The position numbers and the translations under genes are program-made. Positions 8,583-18,890 of a stretch of DNA of 64,000 nucleotides are shown piece by piece; position 1 is the stretch's first letter, and each line of letters opens with the position of its first letter. This DNA comes from a candidate division FCPU426 bacterium (GTDB lineage Bacteria > Oederibacteriota > Muellerivitia > Muellerivitales > Muellerivitaceae): positions 160,001 through 224,000 of the forward strand of contig CAWKAR010000027.1 of assembly GCA_963847625.1 (NCBI GenBank), written 5' to 3'. A model generated the notes under the pieces. The model was given only the letters and a program-made list of their open reading frames with translations, ran no database searches and had not been told where the DNA came from.

Positions 8583-11500
8583 ATGTCCAATTCTTCCAAC
8601 TCGGGTAAACCAAGCAATAATATAACGCTTTTTCTTGAAAAACTTTCTTGGCCCTCGGCCGAAAGGGTATTGGAAGCCTTAACAAAACAAAAACCCAGAA
8701 TGCTCATTCACGGTGTTTCGGGTTCCGCCAAGGCCTTCCTTCTATCCTGGTTTTTCCAAAAAATAAAGCCCAGCCACCCTTGGCTGATCCTCACTCCCTC
8801 CCAGGAAGACGCCGTGAACCTCCAGGCGGACCTGTTCACTTGGGAGCCCCAAACACCCGTCTATCTTTGTCCCTCTTGGGAAACCCTCCCGGGGGACGCG
8901 GAAACTCCCGATCCCGAGCTCGTCGGCGAACGGCAGCGTGCTTTTTATCAACTTCTGCAGGGCGGTCCATTTGTGGTCGTGGCATCCCTTTTAGGAGCCC
9001 TGCAAAACACACTTCCCGTTGAGGAGTGGCTTGACCAGGTGATGGTTTTAAGAAAAGGACAAAATGCGCCGTTGGATTTGAAAGAAAGACTGGTGGCGCT
9101 GGGTTATGAACCCGTCAGCCAGGTAGTCCAGTTGGGCCAGTTCGCCATGCGGGGGGGTATCCTGGACGTGGCCTCGCCCGGTTCGCCGTCGGGACCCGTC
9201 CGGCTTGAGTTTTTTGGCGAGACCCTGGAATCCGTAAGGCCATTGAATCTCTTCAGCCAGCGTTCCGGAGGGGACCTGGACGATATCCTCATTTTCCCCG
9301 CCCACGAGGTGGTATTGAGCGCCAAAGCGCTACAAAATTTGAAAACAGCTTTACGCGCGAAAGCAAAGGGGGAATCCGGCATTCCTTCCCACAACGCTGA
9401 AACGGCCCTGGAACTTCTGGGACAAACCCGCCAATTTCCCGGGTGGGAATGGCAAGCCGTCGGGGCCCTGGTCCGGCGGCAATGCCTCTTTGACTATCTT
9501 CCGGAAGAAACAAGGGTCATGATCCTGGAACCGATGGCGTTGGAGCGGAAGTTCGGGGATTTGCAGGAAAAACTTTCCAAATGCGGGGAAAGGGCCCGGG
9601 AGGAAAAGTCCGATCTTTTCGATCCCTTTTCTTTTTTTTCCGATTTAAGTTTCCTGGAAAAATCCTTGAAAAAGGGCAAGGCGGCGGGTTTGGGGCAGAT
9701 CCGCCAAGAGCTTTTTGGGGCGGCGGCCGGGGAGGAACTGGCGGTGGAAACCCGATCCCTCCCCCCTTATAAAGGCAAGTTCGCCTCCTTTACGTCAGAC
9801 CTGAAAAAGTGGATGACCTCCGGAAACCAAGTACTGCTTTGGTGCCACAACAAAGGGGAAAGGGAAAGATTTTCCGAACTCCTTCGGGAACAGTCCATTG
9901 AACCCAAGGATCACCCGAACCTATCCCTGCTTCTGGGGGAAATGGAGTCGGGATTCGCCGTAGACGAGATCGGTCTGGAGGTGCTTCCCGACCATGAGAT
10001 CTTCCGGCGTTACCGGGGAAACCGCCGCCGTTGGGGGGTCCGGGCGGTTTACGGCGGCAAGCCCCTGGCCTCCTTGAACGAGTTGTCCCTGGGGGACTGG
10101 ACCGTGCACGTGGATTGCGGAATTTGCCTTTACCGGGGTTTGACCCCCCTGACGATCGACGGGGTGACCCGGGAATACATCCAACTGGAATTCGCTGATA
10201 ACGAGAAAATCTACCTTCCCACGGACCAGATCGTCCTCATCCAGCGGTACATCGGGAGGGAGGGCTCGCCTGCGCTGTCCAAGCTGGGAGGCGAACAATG
10301 GAGCCGTGCCAAGGCCAAGGTGCGCCAGGAAATCGAGGCGGTGGCGCGGGAATTGATGGCTCTTTACTCCGCCCGGCAGGTCTTGCGCAAAAAGCCTTTC
10401 CCCCCCGACGCCCCCTGGCAGGCGGAATTCGAGGATTCCTTCATCTATGAGTTGACCCCGGGGCAGCACCAGGCCATCCAGGACGTGAAGCGCGACATGC
10501 AGTCCGAGCAGGTCATGGACCGGCTCGTTTGCGGCGACGTGGGATACGGAAAAACCGAAGTGGCCATGCGGGCCGCCTTCAAAGCGGTCCTGGATAAGCG
10601 GCAGGTGGCCCTTCTGGTGCCCACCACCATCCTGGCCCAGCAGCATTACCACACTTTCAAGGAACGCATGGCCGAGTATCCCGTGGAAATCCAAATGCTA
10701 TCCCGCTTCCGAAGCAGGTCCGATACCCTGCAAACCCTGGCCCTCCTGCGGGAGGGCCAGGTGGACATTCTCATCGGCACCCACAAGCTGCTGATGAAAG
10801 ACGTCCGCTTTTCCAGCCTGGGCCTGTTGATCATCGACGAGGAACACCGTTTCGGGGTCTCCCAAAAGGAACGTTTGAAGTCGTTAAAGCGCGACGTGGA
10901 TGTGCTGACCCTGACCGCCACCCCCATTCCCCGGACCCTCCACATGTCCCTCTCGGGCATCCGTGAGATCTCGATCATCGACACCCCGCCCCAGAACCGG
11001 TTGTCGGTCTTGACCCAGGTGGCTCCCATGGACGACCGGCTCGTGGCCGAGGCTGTCCGGAGGGAACTCAACCGGGAGGGGCAGGTGTTTTACGTCCACA
11101 ACCACGTCAAGGACATCGACCGGATCGCGGACCAATTGCAAAAAACCGTGCCCGAGGCCCGGTTAGCCGTGGCCCATGGGCAGTTGGCGAAGCACGAGCT
11201 GGAATCCGTCATGATCGATTTCGTGGACAGGGAATACGATGTTTTGGTGTGCACCTCCATCATCGAATCGGGGCTGGATATGCCCAACGTGAACACCCTC
11301 ATCGTGGAGCGCGCGGACCATTTCGGGCTGGCCCAAATGTACCAGCTCAAGGGGCGGGTGGGCCGCACCGACCGCCAGGCCTACGCGTATTTTTTCTATC
11401 CCCGTTACATCACCCTGAGGGAATTGGCCCAGAAACGCCTGGAAGTCCTCCAGCAATTTTCCTCCCTGGGTTCGGGCCTGCACATCGCCATGAAGGACAT

Positions 11501-12092
11501 GGAAATCCGGGGCGCGGGCAACGTGCTGGGAACCCAGCAGCACGGCAATATGGACGCCATCGGCTTCGACCTGTACAGCCGGATGCTGGGGCAGGAAATG
11601 GCCCGCATGAAGGGACAGGAAGCCGGGACGGATTTCATACCGGTCTTGTCCCTGGGTGTGAGCGCGTATTTTCCGAAGGATTACATCGCGGAAGAGCCGG
11701 CAAAAATCGACTTTTACCGCCGCCTGGCGGAAATGAGCGGGGAATCGGAAGTGACGGAGATCGGGGCGGAGTTGGAGGACCGGTTCGGCCCCCTGCCGGC
11801 GGAGGCCCGGATGCTTTTAACCGTCGCAGCTTTCCGGCCCCGGGTCAAGGGCCTGGGAATCCAGCGGCTGGAAGCGTTGGAAGGCTGGGTCAGCCTTCAA
11901 TGGCACCCGGAAAAGGCGCCCTCCCCGGAGCGGGTGGATAAATGGTTCAAGATGTGGCCGCCTTCCCGCATCCGGTTCTCGTCGAAGGAACCCCATTCGG
12001 TTTCCTTCCGGGTGATGAAGGGAGACGAGAGCCAGGAAGCGCGCCTCCAAGCGGTGGATAAGTTATTGAAGAACCTGGGTGGGGATGAGTGA
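8583..12092 (+). CDS. mfd: Transcription-repair coupling factor Mfd
   Basis: UvrB-like N-terminus, CarD domain, GDVGYGKT, DEEHRFG, TATPIPRT, TRCF C-terminus. Confidence 0.97.
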   Translation: MSNSSNSGKPSNNITLFLEKLSWPSAERVLEALTKQKPRMLIHGVSGSAKAFLLSWFFQKIKPSHPWLILTPSQEDAVNLQADLFTWEPQTPVYLCPSWETLPGDAETPDPELVGERQRAFYQLLQGGPFVVVASLLGALQNTLPVEEWLDQVMVLRKGQNAPLDLKERLVALGYEPVSQVVQLGQFAMRGGILDVASPGSPSGPVRLEFFGETLESVRPLNLFSQRSGGDLDDILIFPAHEVVLSAKALQNLKTALRAKAKGESGIPSHNAETALELLGQTRQFPGWEWQAVGALVRRQCLFDYLPEETRVMILEPMALERKFGDLQEKLSKCGERAREEKSDLFDPFSFFSDLSFLEKSLKKGKAAGLGQIRQELFGAAAGEELAVETRSLPPYKGKFASFTSDLKKWMTSGNQVLLWCHNKGERERFSELLREQSIEPKDHPNLSLLLGEMESGFAVDEIGLEVLPDHEIFRRYRGNRRRWGVRAVYGGKPLASLNELSLGDWTVHVDCGICLYRGLTPLTIDGVTREYIQLEFADNEKIYLPTDQIVLIQRYIGREGSPALSKLGGEQWSRAKAKVRQEIEAVARELMALYSARQVLRKKPFPPDAPWQAEFEDSFIYELTPGQHQAIQDVKRDMQSEQVMDRLVCGDVGYGKTEVAMRAAFKAVLDKRQVALLVPTTILAQQHYHTFKERMAEYPVEIQMLSRFRSRSDTLQTLALLREGQVDILIGTHKLLMKDVRFSSLGLLIIDEEHRFGVSQKERLKSLKRDVDVLTLTATPIPRTLHMSLSGIREISIIDTPPQNRLSVLTQVAPMDDRLVAEAVRRELNREGQVFYVHNHVKDIDRIADQLQKTVPEARLAVAHGQLAKHELESVMIDFVDREYDVLVCTSIIESGLDMPNVNTLIVERADHFGLAQMYQLKGRVGRTDRQAYAYFFYPRYITLRELAQKRLEVLQQFSSLGSGLHIAMKDMEIRGAGNVLGTQQHGNMDAIGFDLYSRMLGQEMARMKGQEAGTDFIPVLSLGVSAYFPKDYIAEEPAKIDFYRRLAEMSGESEVTEIGAELEDRFGPLPAEARMLLTVAAFRPRVKGLGIQRLEALEGWVSLQWHPEKAPSPERVDKWFKMWPPSRIRFSSKEPHSVSFRVMKGDESQEARLQAVDKLLKNLGGDE

Positions 12093-12133
12093 TTTAGCCG
12101 CGGACGGTGATGACTTTCATCCTGAGATGGGAA

Positions 12134-13896
12134 TCAACCTTCTTCGTCCTCGTGGGCGATTCGAAGGAGTTCTTCCACCGTGGTCAGGCCTTTCAATACT
12201 TTCTTGACGCCGCATTCCCGGAGCGTTTGCATCCCGTCCTGCCTGGCGATTTTCTTGAGTTCCACGGCTGATTTCCGCTGAAAGACCCCTTTGCGGAATT
12301 CCTCGTTCAGGATCAACACCTCATGAATGGCCATCCGGCCCTTGTAACCGGTGTTGGAACAGGTGGAGCACCCCCCCCCCCTATAAAGCATGACCGGCTC
12401 CCCGTTCTGGGTTTGGATGTTTAATTCCTCCAGGACATCGGGAGTGGCCTCGTAAGGTTGCTTGCAGTCGTTGCAGATCTTCCGGATCAAGCGCTGGGCC
12501 ACCACGCAGTTGAGAGTTGAGGAGATCAAGAAGGGAACGATGCCCATATTTCCCAAACGCGTGATCGCCCCCGGGGCGTCATTGGTATGGAGGGTGGAAA
12601 AAACCATCAGGCCGGTCAGGGCGGCGTTGATGGCGATCTCCGCCGTATCCTTGTCCCGGATTTCCCCCACCATGATGATGTCCGTGTTCTGCCGGAGGAA
12701 ACACCTAAGCCCCGTCGAAAAATCAAGCCCGATACCCGATTTCGCTTCGATCTGGTTGATCCCCGTCATCTGGTACTCCACCGGATCCTCGATCGTGGAG
12801 ATGTTGATGATCGGTTTGTTGATGTAATTCAAGGCCGAGTAAAGGGTCGTGGATTTTCCCGAGCCTGTCGGGCCGGTGAGCAAGACCATGCCGTAGGGCT
12901 GGGAAATGGCCCTCGTGAATTTCGGAAGAATGTCCTCCTCGAACCCCAATTTGGGAAGGTCCAGGGAAAGGTTGGAGTGGTCCAAAATCCGCATGACCAC
13001 CTTTTCCCCGAACTGCATGGGACAGATGGAGACGCGGATGTCGATTTCCTTGCCCAGGACCTTCACCTTGATGCGGCCGTCCTGGGGAAGACGCCGCTCG
13101 GAAATGTCCAGGGAGGCCATGATCTTGATGCGGGAGGCGATGGATGCCGCGAGGGACCGCGGGGGGGATTGAACCTCATGAAGCACCCCGTCGATCCGGT
13201 AACGGCACCGGAGGCTTTTTTCGTAAGTCTCGATGTGAATGTCGCTGGCCCCCGCCCTCACCGCCTCCGTCATGACCAGGTTCACCAAACGGATCACGGG
13301 CGTGTCCCTCCCCGCGGCCTCCAGCTTGGAAATATCCATGTCCTCGTTTTTATCCTCGAGCAGCTCCAAATCGGATTCGCCGCCCTTGGACATGCCGTCG
13401 AGGATTTCCTGCATATCCCCGCCGGCCTCCCCCCTCCGGCGCCGGCGCCGCCCGCGCCTCCGCCGTAGTACTTGGCCAGCAAAGCCTTGATTTCCGCCTC
13501 GCCCGCAATGGCCGGCTCCACCTCGAAACCCGTGGTCATCTTGATGTCGTCGATGGCGAAAACGTTCAGGGGATCGGACATGGCCACCATCAGTTTATTT
13601 TCCTTCTTGACGATGGGGATGAGGCAATGGTTGACCGCAATGGCCTCAGGAACGGAAAAAACCACATCGCTTGGGATTTCGCCGATTTCGCTCAAGTTCA
13701 CCTGGGGTATGCCGAGTTGGGTTCCCACGAAAGCCATGATGACATCCTGGGTAACGTAACCCTGGTCGATCAGGATTTTTTCGAGCCGTCCGCCCTTGCT
13801 CTTTTGTTCCTGCATGGCGTCCTCGAGCTGGGCATCGGTGATGATTCCCTCATCCACCAGCATATCGCCCAGGCGTTTTCTCATGGATTCAGGCAT
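12134..13896 (-). pseudogene. pilB: Type IV pilus / T2SS assembly ATPase (PilB/GspE), frameshifted at a G6 tract (13429-13434)
   Basis: MshEN-like N-terminus (RLGDMLVDEGIIT) in one frame; SDIHIE, GPTGSGKSTT, EDPVE, STLHTND and tetra-Cys in another; one extra G joins them. May be a sequencing error. Confidence 0.85.
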
Positions 13897-14176
13897 GAAA
13901 CACCTCAAAGGAGTAGGGGGATCCAGTTCAGGCTTTTTTCCCCAGGCCCTCAAAGAATCCCTGCGATTAGGATACCGCCCCTATTATGGAACAGCCAAGC
14001 CATTTTCGATAGGAGTTCAAATACTACTATATTCCAACCCGGCATTAAAATTTCATTCTTTCGGCGCTTTATGGCTTTTTAGGAATATTTTTCGGGGGAT
14101 AACCCGGCTTACGAACACCCTTTAGATCTTGCCGTTCTTGGCCCGTGTTATACCCGGAGTTCCAATTTATTTAGCC

Positions 14177-14351
14177 GGAGCGTCAGGCAGCACATGCCAA
14201 TCACCCATAAAGCCGTTCAAGAGGCTTGCCTGTGACGAGGCTACCAGCCGAGGAACATGATTCGATGTTTTATATCGCCCTTGGGCCGGAGGCCCAACGG
14301 GTGGAAGTGCCGGTTCCATAGGGGAACCGGCCTGGCATGGCGCTGATGTCC
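14177..14351. ncRNA. Candidate structured non-coding RNA, family unassigned
   Basis: Nested closing stems (14193-99/14333-39; 14201-06/14299-304) enclosing five hairpins; intergenic between divergent pilB and surA-like genes. Confidence 0.5.
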
Positions 14352-14435
14352 CTGCTTTATATTGCGGCCAACGGGATGAAAGTGTTAGGATACGCCCTCT
14401 TTAAAAAAATTTCCTGGATCCGGAAGGGAGTTGTC

Positions 14436-15215
14436 ATGTTTTCTAGAGGGAAGCGTTTTTTGTTCCTGGCCTTGGCCGCGGGAGTCCTTATTTTCTTTGG
14501 ATGGTCCTGTAATAAATACCCGAATAAAGCGGGCATTTCCGACAACCAGCTTGTGGCGACCGTCGGCGACCAAAAAATAACCTTTAAGGATTGGATGATG
14601 CACCTGGACCTTCTGAGGGTTTTCTCCCCCCAGCCGGTTGATCCCAACAGCGCCGAACAAGTGAAGGAGGTCCTGGAAAGCCTCATTAACCAGGAAGTGG
14701 TCTTGGGGGTCATCCATAAAACCAGTTACTCCGATCCCAAATTCGAGGAGATGGCCCAGAAGGAACTCGTGGAGGCCGGCCTCCAGATCAAGGAACTCAA
14801 GGATAAACTCACCCGCGACATTGAAACGGTGAACCGGCTTGAGAAAAATTATAAGGACGGTTACATGCAAATGCTGATGGCCCAGCACTACGCGGCCTCC
14901 CAGGTGGATTCGGTGGTGGTTTCGGACCAGGAAGCCAAAGATAAATACATGGAACTTTCGAAGCAAGCAAAGCTCGCGGGGCAGCAGGTCCCGGCTTTCG
15001 ACAGGATCGAGGACCAGTTGAAACTCCGGATCCGGGCCGACAAACTCCTCACCAAGCTCCAAGGGGACCGCAAGATCAACCGGCAGGTTGACGTCATCGA
15101 GAAGTACCTGGCCAACCTTACCTCGGAGCAGCAATCCCTCCAAGCTCCGGTTCAGCCCGGGGCCGGCGGGGCGCCTTCCAGGGGGAAGGGGATGAATCCC
15201 AGGGCAAAGCAATAA
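14436..15215 (+). CDS. SurA N-terminal-domain lipoprotein (no clear parvulin domain)
   Basis: Lipobox GWSC, VATVGDQKIT, VLESLINQEVV; GGGAG RBS before ATG 14436. Confidence 0.65.
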   Translation: MFSRGKRFLFLALAAGVLIFFGWSCNKYPNKAGISDNQLVATVGDQKITFKDWMMHLDLLRVFSPQPVDPNSAEQVKEVLESLINQEVVLGVIHKTSYSDPKFEEMAQKELVEAGLQIKELKDKLTRDIETVNRLEKNYKDGYMQMLMAQHYAASQVDSVVVSDQEAKDKYMELSKQAKLAGQQVPAFDRIEDQLKLRIRADKLLTKLQGDRKINRQVDVIEKYLANLTSEQQSLQAPVQPGAGGAPSRGKGMNPRAKQ

Positions 15216-15413
15216 TCAAATTTATCAAAGCGTTTTAAATTTGGCGCCTGAAGGCTGAGCGGGTTAAGAATAGAGCCTTTGACCGTTCATGCCGACCCTT
15301 GGATTATCACAACCCGTTTGAATCGAAATAGGTTAAGCCCTTGCCGCTAAAGTGTTTTGGGGGGTTCGGTGCTTTGCCGCTTCATACAAGTTTTAACCGG
15401 TAACGGGTAGTCC

Positions 15414-16415
15414 ATGGATATGAACAAAAAATTTTTGGGATACTTCGGGCCCATCCTTGGCGCCGCCTTAAGTTTATGCCTTCAGGGATGTTCCCGGGAG
15501 TTGACGGTGGATCTTCCCCCGCCCCGGGTGGCGCCGGAAAAGACCGTGGTGACCGTCAATGGCGAACCCCTTTCGCTTGAGGAATTCGACAATGAATTCC
15601 GCCTCATGGCCATTCATTACAGCGCGGTCTCCGAAGGGGACATGCGCGCCATTAAGCGAAGGCTTTTCGAACAGGTGATCAACCGCCGCCTTTTGGTGCA
15701 GGAAGCCCGGAAGGCGAATTTAAGGATGACCCAGCAGGATGTCAATGAGACCTTCAGGGACGCGTTGAGTGAAATGCCCAATAATTACCTGCAGATCCTC
15801 AAAGTCAGGGGCGTCAGCGAGGATTCTTGGAAAAGAAAACTACTCCAGGAAAAACTAGCCCGGAAGCTGGTGGATCTCAAAGTCAATTCCAACGTCCTCA
15901 TCACTCCCGGGGAAGTCGAGGAATATTACTGGTCCCACCTTTCCGAATATTGGAAACCGGAAGCCGTCCGGGCCCGGCACTTGGTGGTCCAGCACAAGGA
16001 GGACTTGGACCGGGCCCTCCAGGGACTTCAAAAAGGGGAGGAATTTTCCATCATCGCCGAAAGCCTTTCGGCGGGGATGGAGAAGATCAACGGAGGGGAC
16101 TGGGGTTTCATGGATACCGACCGGTTGGATCCCGCTTACTTGAAAGTCCTTTCCCCGTTGAATCCCGGGGAAGTTTCTCCACCCTTGAGGGACGAGTTTG
16201 GATATCATTTGTTCCAACTCATCGAATGGCGGCCCCGGAGGATGCAATCCCTGGAGGAAGTCCGGAAAAGCATTCATGACAGCCTGCTGAAGGAAGAACA
16301 GGACCGGCGGTTCGACCAGTGGATGGCCGGCGTCAAGCGCAAAGCGACTATCCTGGTCAATCAATCAATGGCGCCCCTGGTGGGGGTGACCCTGGAGGAT
16401 ATAAGAGATGAGTAA
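15414..16415 (+). CDS. SurA/PrsA-type parvulin peptidyl-prolyl isomerase, lipoprotein
   Basis: LQGC lipobox, VTVNGEPL, ARHLVV, GGDWGF, FGYHLF. Confidence 0.88.
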   Translation: MDMNKKFLGYFGPILGAALSLCLQGCSRELTVDLPPPRVAPEKTVVTVNGEPLSLEEFDNEFRLMAIHYSAVSEGDMRAIKRRLFEQVINRRLLVQEARKANLRMTQQDVNETFRDALSEMPNNYLQILKVRGVSEDSWKRKLLQEKLARKLVDLKVNSNVLITPGEVEEYYWSHLSEYWKPEAVRARHLVVQHKEDLDRALQGLQKGEEFSIIAESLSAGMEKINGGDWGFMDTDRLDPAYLKVLSPLNPGEVSPPLRDEFGYHLFQLIEWRPRRMQSLEEVRKSIHDSLLKEEQDRRFDQWMAGVKRKATILVNQSMAPLVGVTLEDIRDE

Positions 16416-18207
16416 ATACATCATGGGGGCGGCGGCGATCCTGGCTTTGGCAACAGGCTTCGCCGCGCCCGGATGGGCCAAAACCCTGGACAAGACCACT
16501 TTGATCGTGGATCAAACCGCTTTGACCCAGGGGGAATTGGAGGATGGCATCCAGGCTTTCTTCCAGGCGCAGGGGCTAAAATTCCCACCCTCCGCAAGCA
16601 ATCCCGACTACGAGAAAGCCAAAAAAGCGGTGGTGGACAGCTTTATCCAGGAAGTGCTGTTGGCGGAAGAGGCGGACCGGGAGAAGGCGGGGGTTTCCGA
16701 CGCCGAAGTGGACCACCAAGTCGACCAGGAAATCGACAACATGAAAAAGAACTTCGACAGCCAAAAGGCGTTCGAGGTGGAGCTTAAAAAAGAAGGCATT
16801 ACGCTGGAGGACCTGAAGCAGGATACCCGGGACAAGCTTTTAAGGCGGATGAAAGCGGACCGGATGATCCGCATGAAGCAGGAGCAACTGCCGGGATCAG
16901 CCGTCGTGGAGGACGCGGAGGTCCAAAAATATTTCCAAAAGCACCCCCAGGATTACGAGCGGGTGAAGTTTTCCATCATACTCCTTCGCGTACCCGCGAA
17001 AGCCAAGCCGGAGAACGCGGCACAGGTGGAAAAACAGGCCAAGAACCTCCTGCTGGAACTGAAAAATGGGGCGGATTTCCCGGCCTACGCGAAAAAATAC
17101 TCCGAAGACCAGGGCTCCGCGGACAAGGGCGGCGCGGTCGGTACGGTTTACCGCGCGGAATTGGATCCCAAGCTGGCCAAAGGCGTTTTCGCGATTCCCA
17201 CCAAGGGAACCGGCTTGGTCAGGGCTTCGGATGGGATCTACATCGTCAAAGTGGATTACAAGGGAAAGGCGGATTACGACTCGGTGGCGCCCGCCATCAA
17301 GGACCATCTTGTGAAGGGAAAGCAATCCACGGCGCTTCAAAGCTGGGTGGAGGGCCTGAAGAAAAACGCCTATATCGTGGAGGACGGGAAGGTCCTTTCC
17401 GTCGCTTCCAACCCGCCGAAGGCCGCCGGGATTCTTCCCTCCTCAGCTTCGGTTTCGGAATCGCAGGCCGATGAAATCGAGGCGGCCGGCCAAACCACTA
17501 CCGCCGCGGCTGTTGAAACCCCCGTTGAGGAAGGCGATACCACCCGGGATTTCCCCACCTTGCCCAGCGCCGGGAGCCTCGCGTTGGCCTTCCATTTGAA
17601 CGGCTTGAATTACGGGACGCAGGACCTTTCGGGTTATTACCCTTCATCGGTGAATACCAACCAGGGATTCCCCTTCGGCTTGGGCCTGGACCTGGGGATG
17701 GAAATAGCGGTGGACCAGACCATCGAGGTGGGGATTCAGGGGGAGGCCCTGCATAAAATCACCGAGAATGTCACCGATTCCGCCGGTGACCAGGATCAAT
17801 GGAACGCCACCGCCGCGGGACCCCTGGTTTCAGCCAGGGTCTTGATTCCCCTGGACGAGGGGACCAATTTCATCCTGAACGCCGCCGGGGGCTATTACTT
17901 CCTTTTAAGCGGAAGTGTTTCCGTGACGGGTTCCTCTCCGCGAAACGCGGACTTAAGCGGGGAAACCTTCGGGGGAAGGGTTGGACTCGGCACCGAATTT
18001 TTCCTGGATGACGACAAGAACACCTCCCTGGACCTGGGGATCGCCTACCGCCTGGTCAAATTCTCCTCGCTTACCGCCCAAACGACCGCGGGCCCCACCC
18101 AGCCCTCGCCCTTGGAAAACATCAACGGCTCCAAGGCCAATATCGATTTTTCGGGAATCCAACTGGGGATCGGCATCCGGTTTTACCTGGATAAGAGCCA
18201 GGACTAA
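16408..18207 (+). CDS. SurA-like chaperone/parvulin fused to a C-terminal outer-membrane beta-barrel-like domain
   Basis: Signal peptide, SurA_N, YSEDQGSADKGG parvulin, Ala/Ser/Thr linker, amphipathic strands ending GIQLGIGIRFYL. Confidence 0.75.
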   Translation: MSKYIMGAAAILALATGFAAPGWAKTLDKTTLIVDQTALTQGELEDGIQAFFQAQGLKFPPSASNPDYEKAKKAVVDSFIQEVLLAEEADREKAGVSDAEVDHQVDQEIDNMKKNFDSQKAFEVELKKEGITLEDLKQDTRDKLLRRMKADRMIRMKQEQLPGSAVVEDAEVQKYFQKHPQDYERVKFSIILLRVPAKAKPENAAQVEKQAKNLLLELKNGADFPAYAKKYSEDQGSADKGGAVGTVYRAELDPKLAKGVFAIPTKGTGLVRASDGIYIVKVDYKGKADYDSVAPAIKDHLVKGKQSTALQSWVEGLKKNAYIVEDGKVLSVASNPPKAAGILPSSASVSESQADEIEAAGQTTTAAAVETPVEEGDTTRDFPTLPSAGSLALAFHLNGLNYGTQDLSGYYPSSVNTNQGFPFGLGLDLGMEIAVDQTIEVGIQGEALHKITENVTDSAGDQDQWNATAAGPLVSARVLIPLDEGTNFILNAAGGYYFLLSGSVSVTGSSPRNADLSGETFGGRVGLGTEFFLDDDKNTSLDLGIAYRLVKFSSLTAQTTAGPTQPSPLENINGSKANIDFSGIQLGIGIRFYLDKSQD

Positions 18208-18239
18208 GGCGGGCTGAAAGGGAAGGAAAAGGCGGGTCC

Positions 18240-18500
18240 TTGCGGGTCGACCTCTTTTTAAAACTCATCGGCATCACCAAAACCCGGATGGCCGCCAAGC
18301 GGTTGTGCGATTCGGGGAAGGTCCTGATCGGCCCAAAGCCGCTGAAACCTTCCCGGGAGATCCTGGCGGGGGAAATCCTCGAGATTTTTCTTCCCCAGCG
18401 GAAGCTTCAAATCAAGGTCCTGGAAGTCCCGCCGGATAAATCCGTATCAAAAAAAGACCGGAAAAATTATTTCACCCTGCTCTCCAGCCTGGAGGAGTAA
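18240..18500 (+). CDS. S4-domain RNA-binding protein (Hsp15/RqcP-YabO-like)
   Basis: MRVDLFL..KTR..AKRLCDSGKV..KPS S4 pattern. Confidence 0.85.
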   Translation: MRVDLFLKLIGITKTRMAAKRLCDSGKVLIGPKPLKPSREILAGEILEIFLPQRKLQIKVLEVPPDKSVSKKDRKNYFTLLSSLEE

Positions 18501-18589
18501 CCACACTAATCGCATATATTTGTCATTGTGCCGATTTTCATTAATGACTCAACTTTTGAAAAGTCCTGATGGCTTGTTATGGACAGCTA

Positions 18590-18775
18590 TTCCCCCCGTT
18601 GAAAAGGGGGGGGTAGGGGGGTATTAGTCGTTGTCAGAACGGAACGGAAAGACTAACCCTTCGACGTTGCTCAGGGCCCTGAGGCTCTCGAAGCACTGCC
18701 ACACGCTGCGGTGCGTGGGGCTCCCCTTTTTCCCCCTCTTTCAGAAGGGGAAACGCGAGGCAACCTGCGATTTGC
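18590..18775. repeat. Cluster of REP-like palindromes
   Basis: CCCCCCGTTGAAAAGGGGGG, CTTCGA..CTCAGGGCCCTGAG..TCGAAG, TTCCCC..TTCAGAAGGGGAA. Confidence 0.6.
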
Positions 18776-18816
18776 CAATGTCGATTATGCTTATTAAATC
18801 CCATGAGTCCCATGTA

Positions 18817-18890
18817 TGCCAGCCTTCAATAAAGCTTTTAATGGGGCTGGTATCATACCGATCTCATTATATTTTTATGGATGATCGGCA
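18817..18890 (-). mobile_element. TGCC..GGCA double-hairpin mini-element, copy E
   Basis: Two hairpins; TA duplicated on both sides; interrupts host repeat CCCATGTATCCGTGGC. Confidence 0.65.

Noticed and set aside
14177..14351. glmS ribozyme or 6S RNA assignment
   Set aside because: AGCGTCAGG and TGACGAGG resemble glmS, but the TTATCGA core and a downstream glmS gene are absent; the multi-hairpin fold lacks the 6S rod with central bubble
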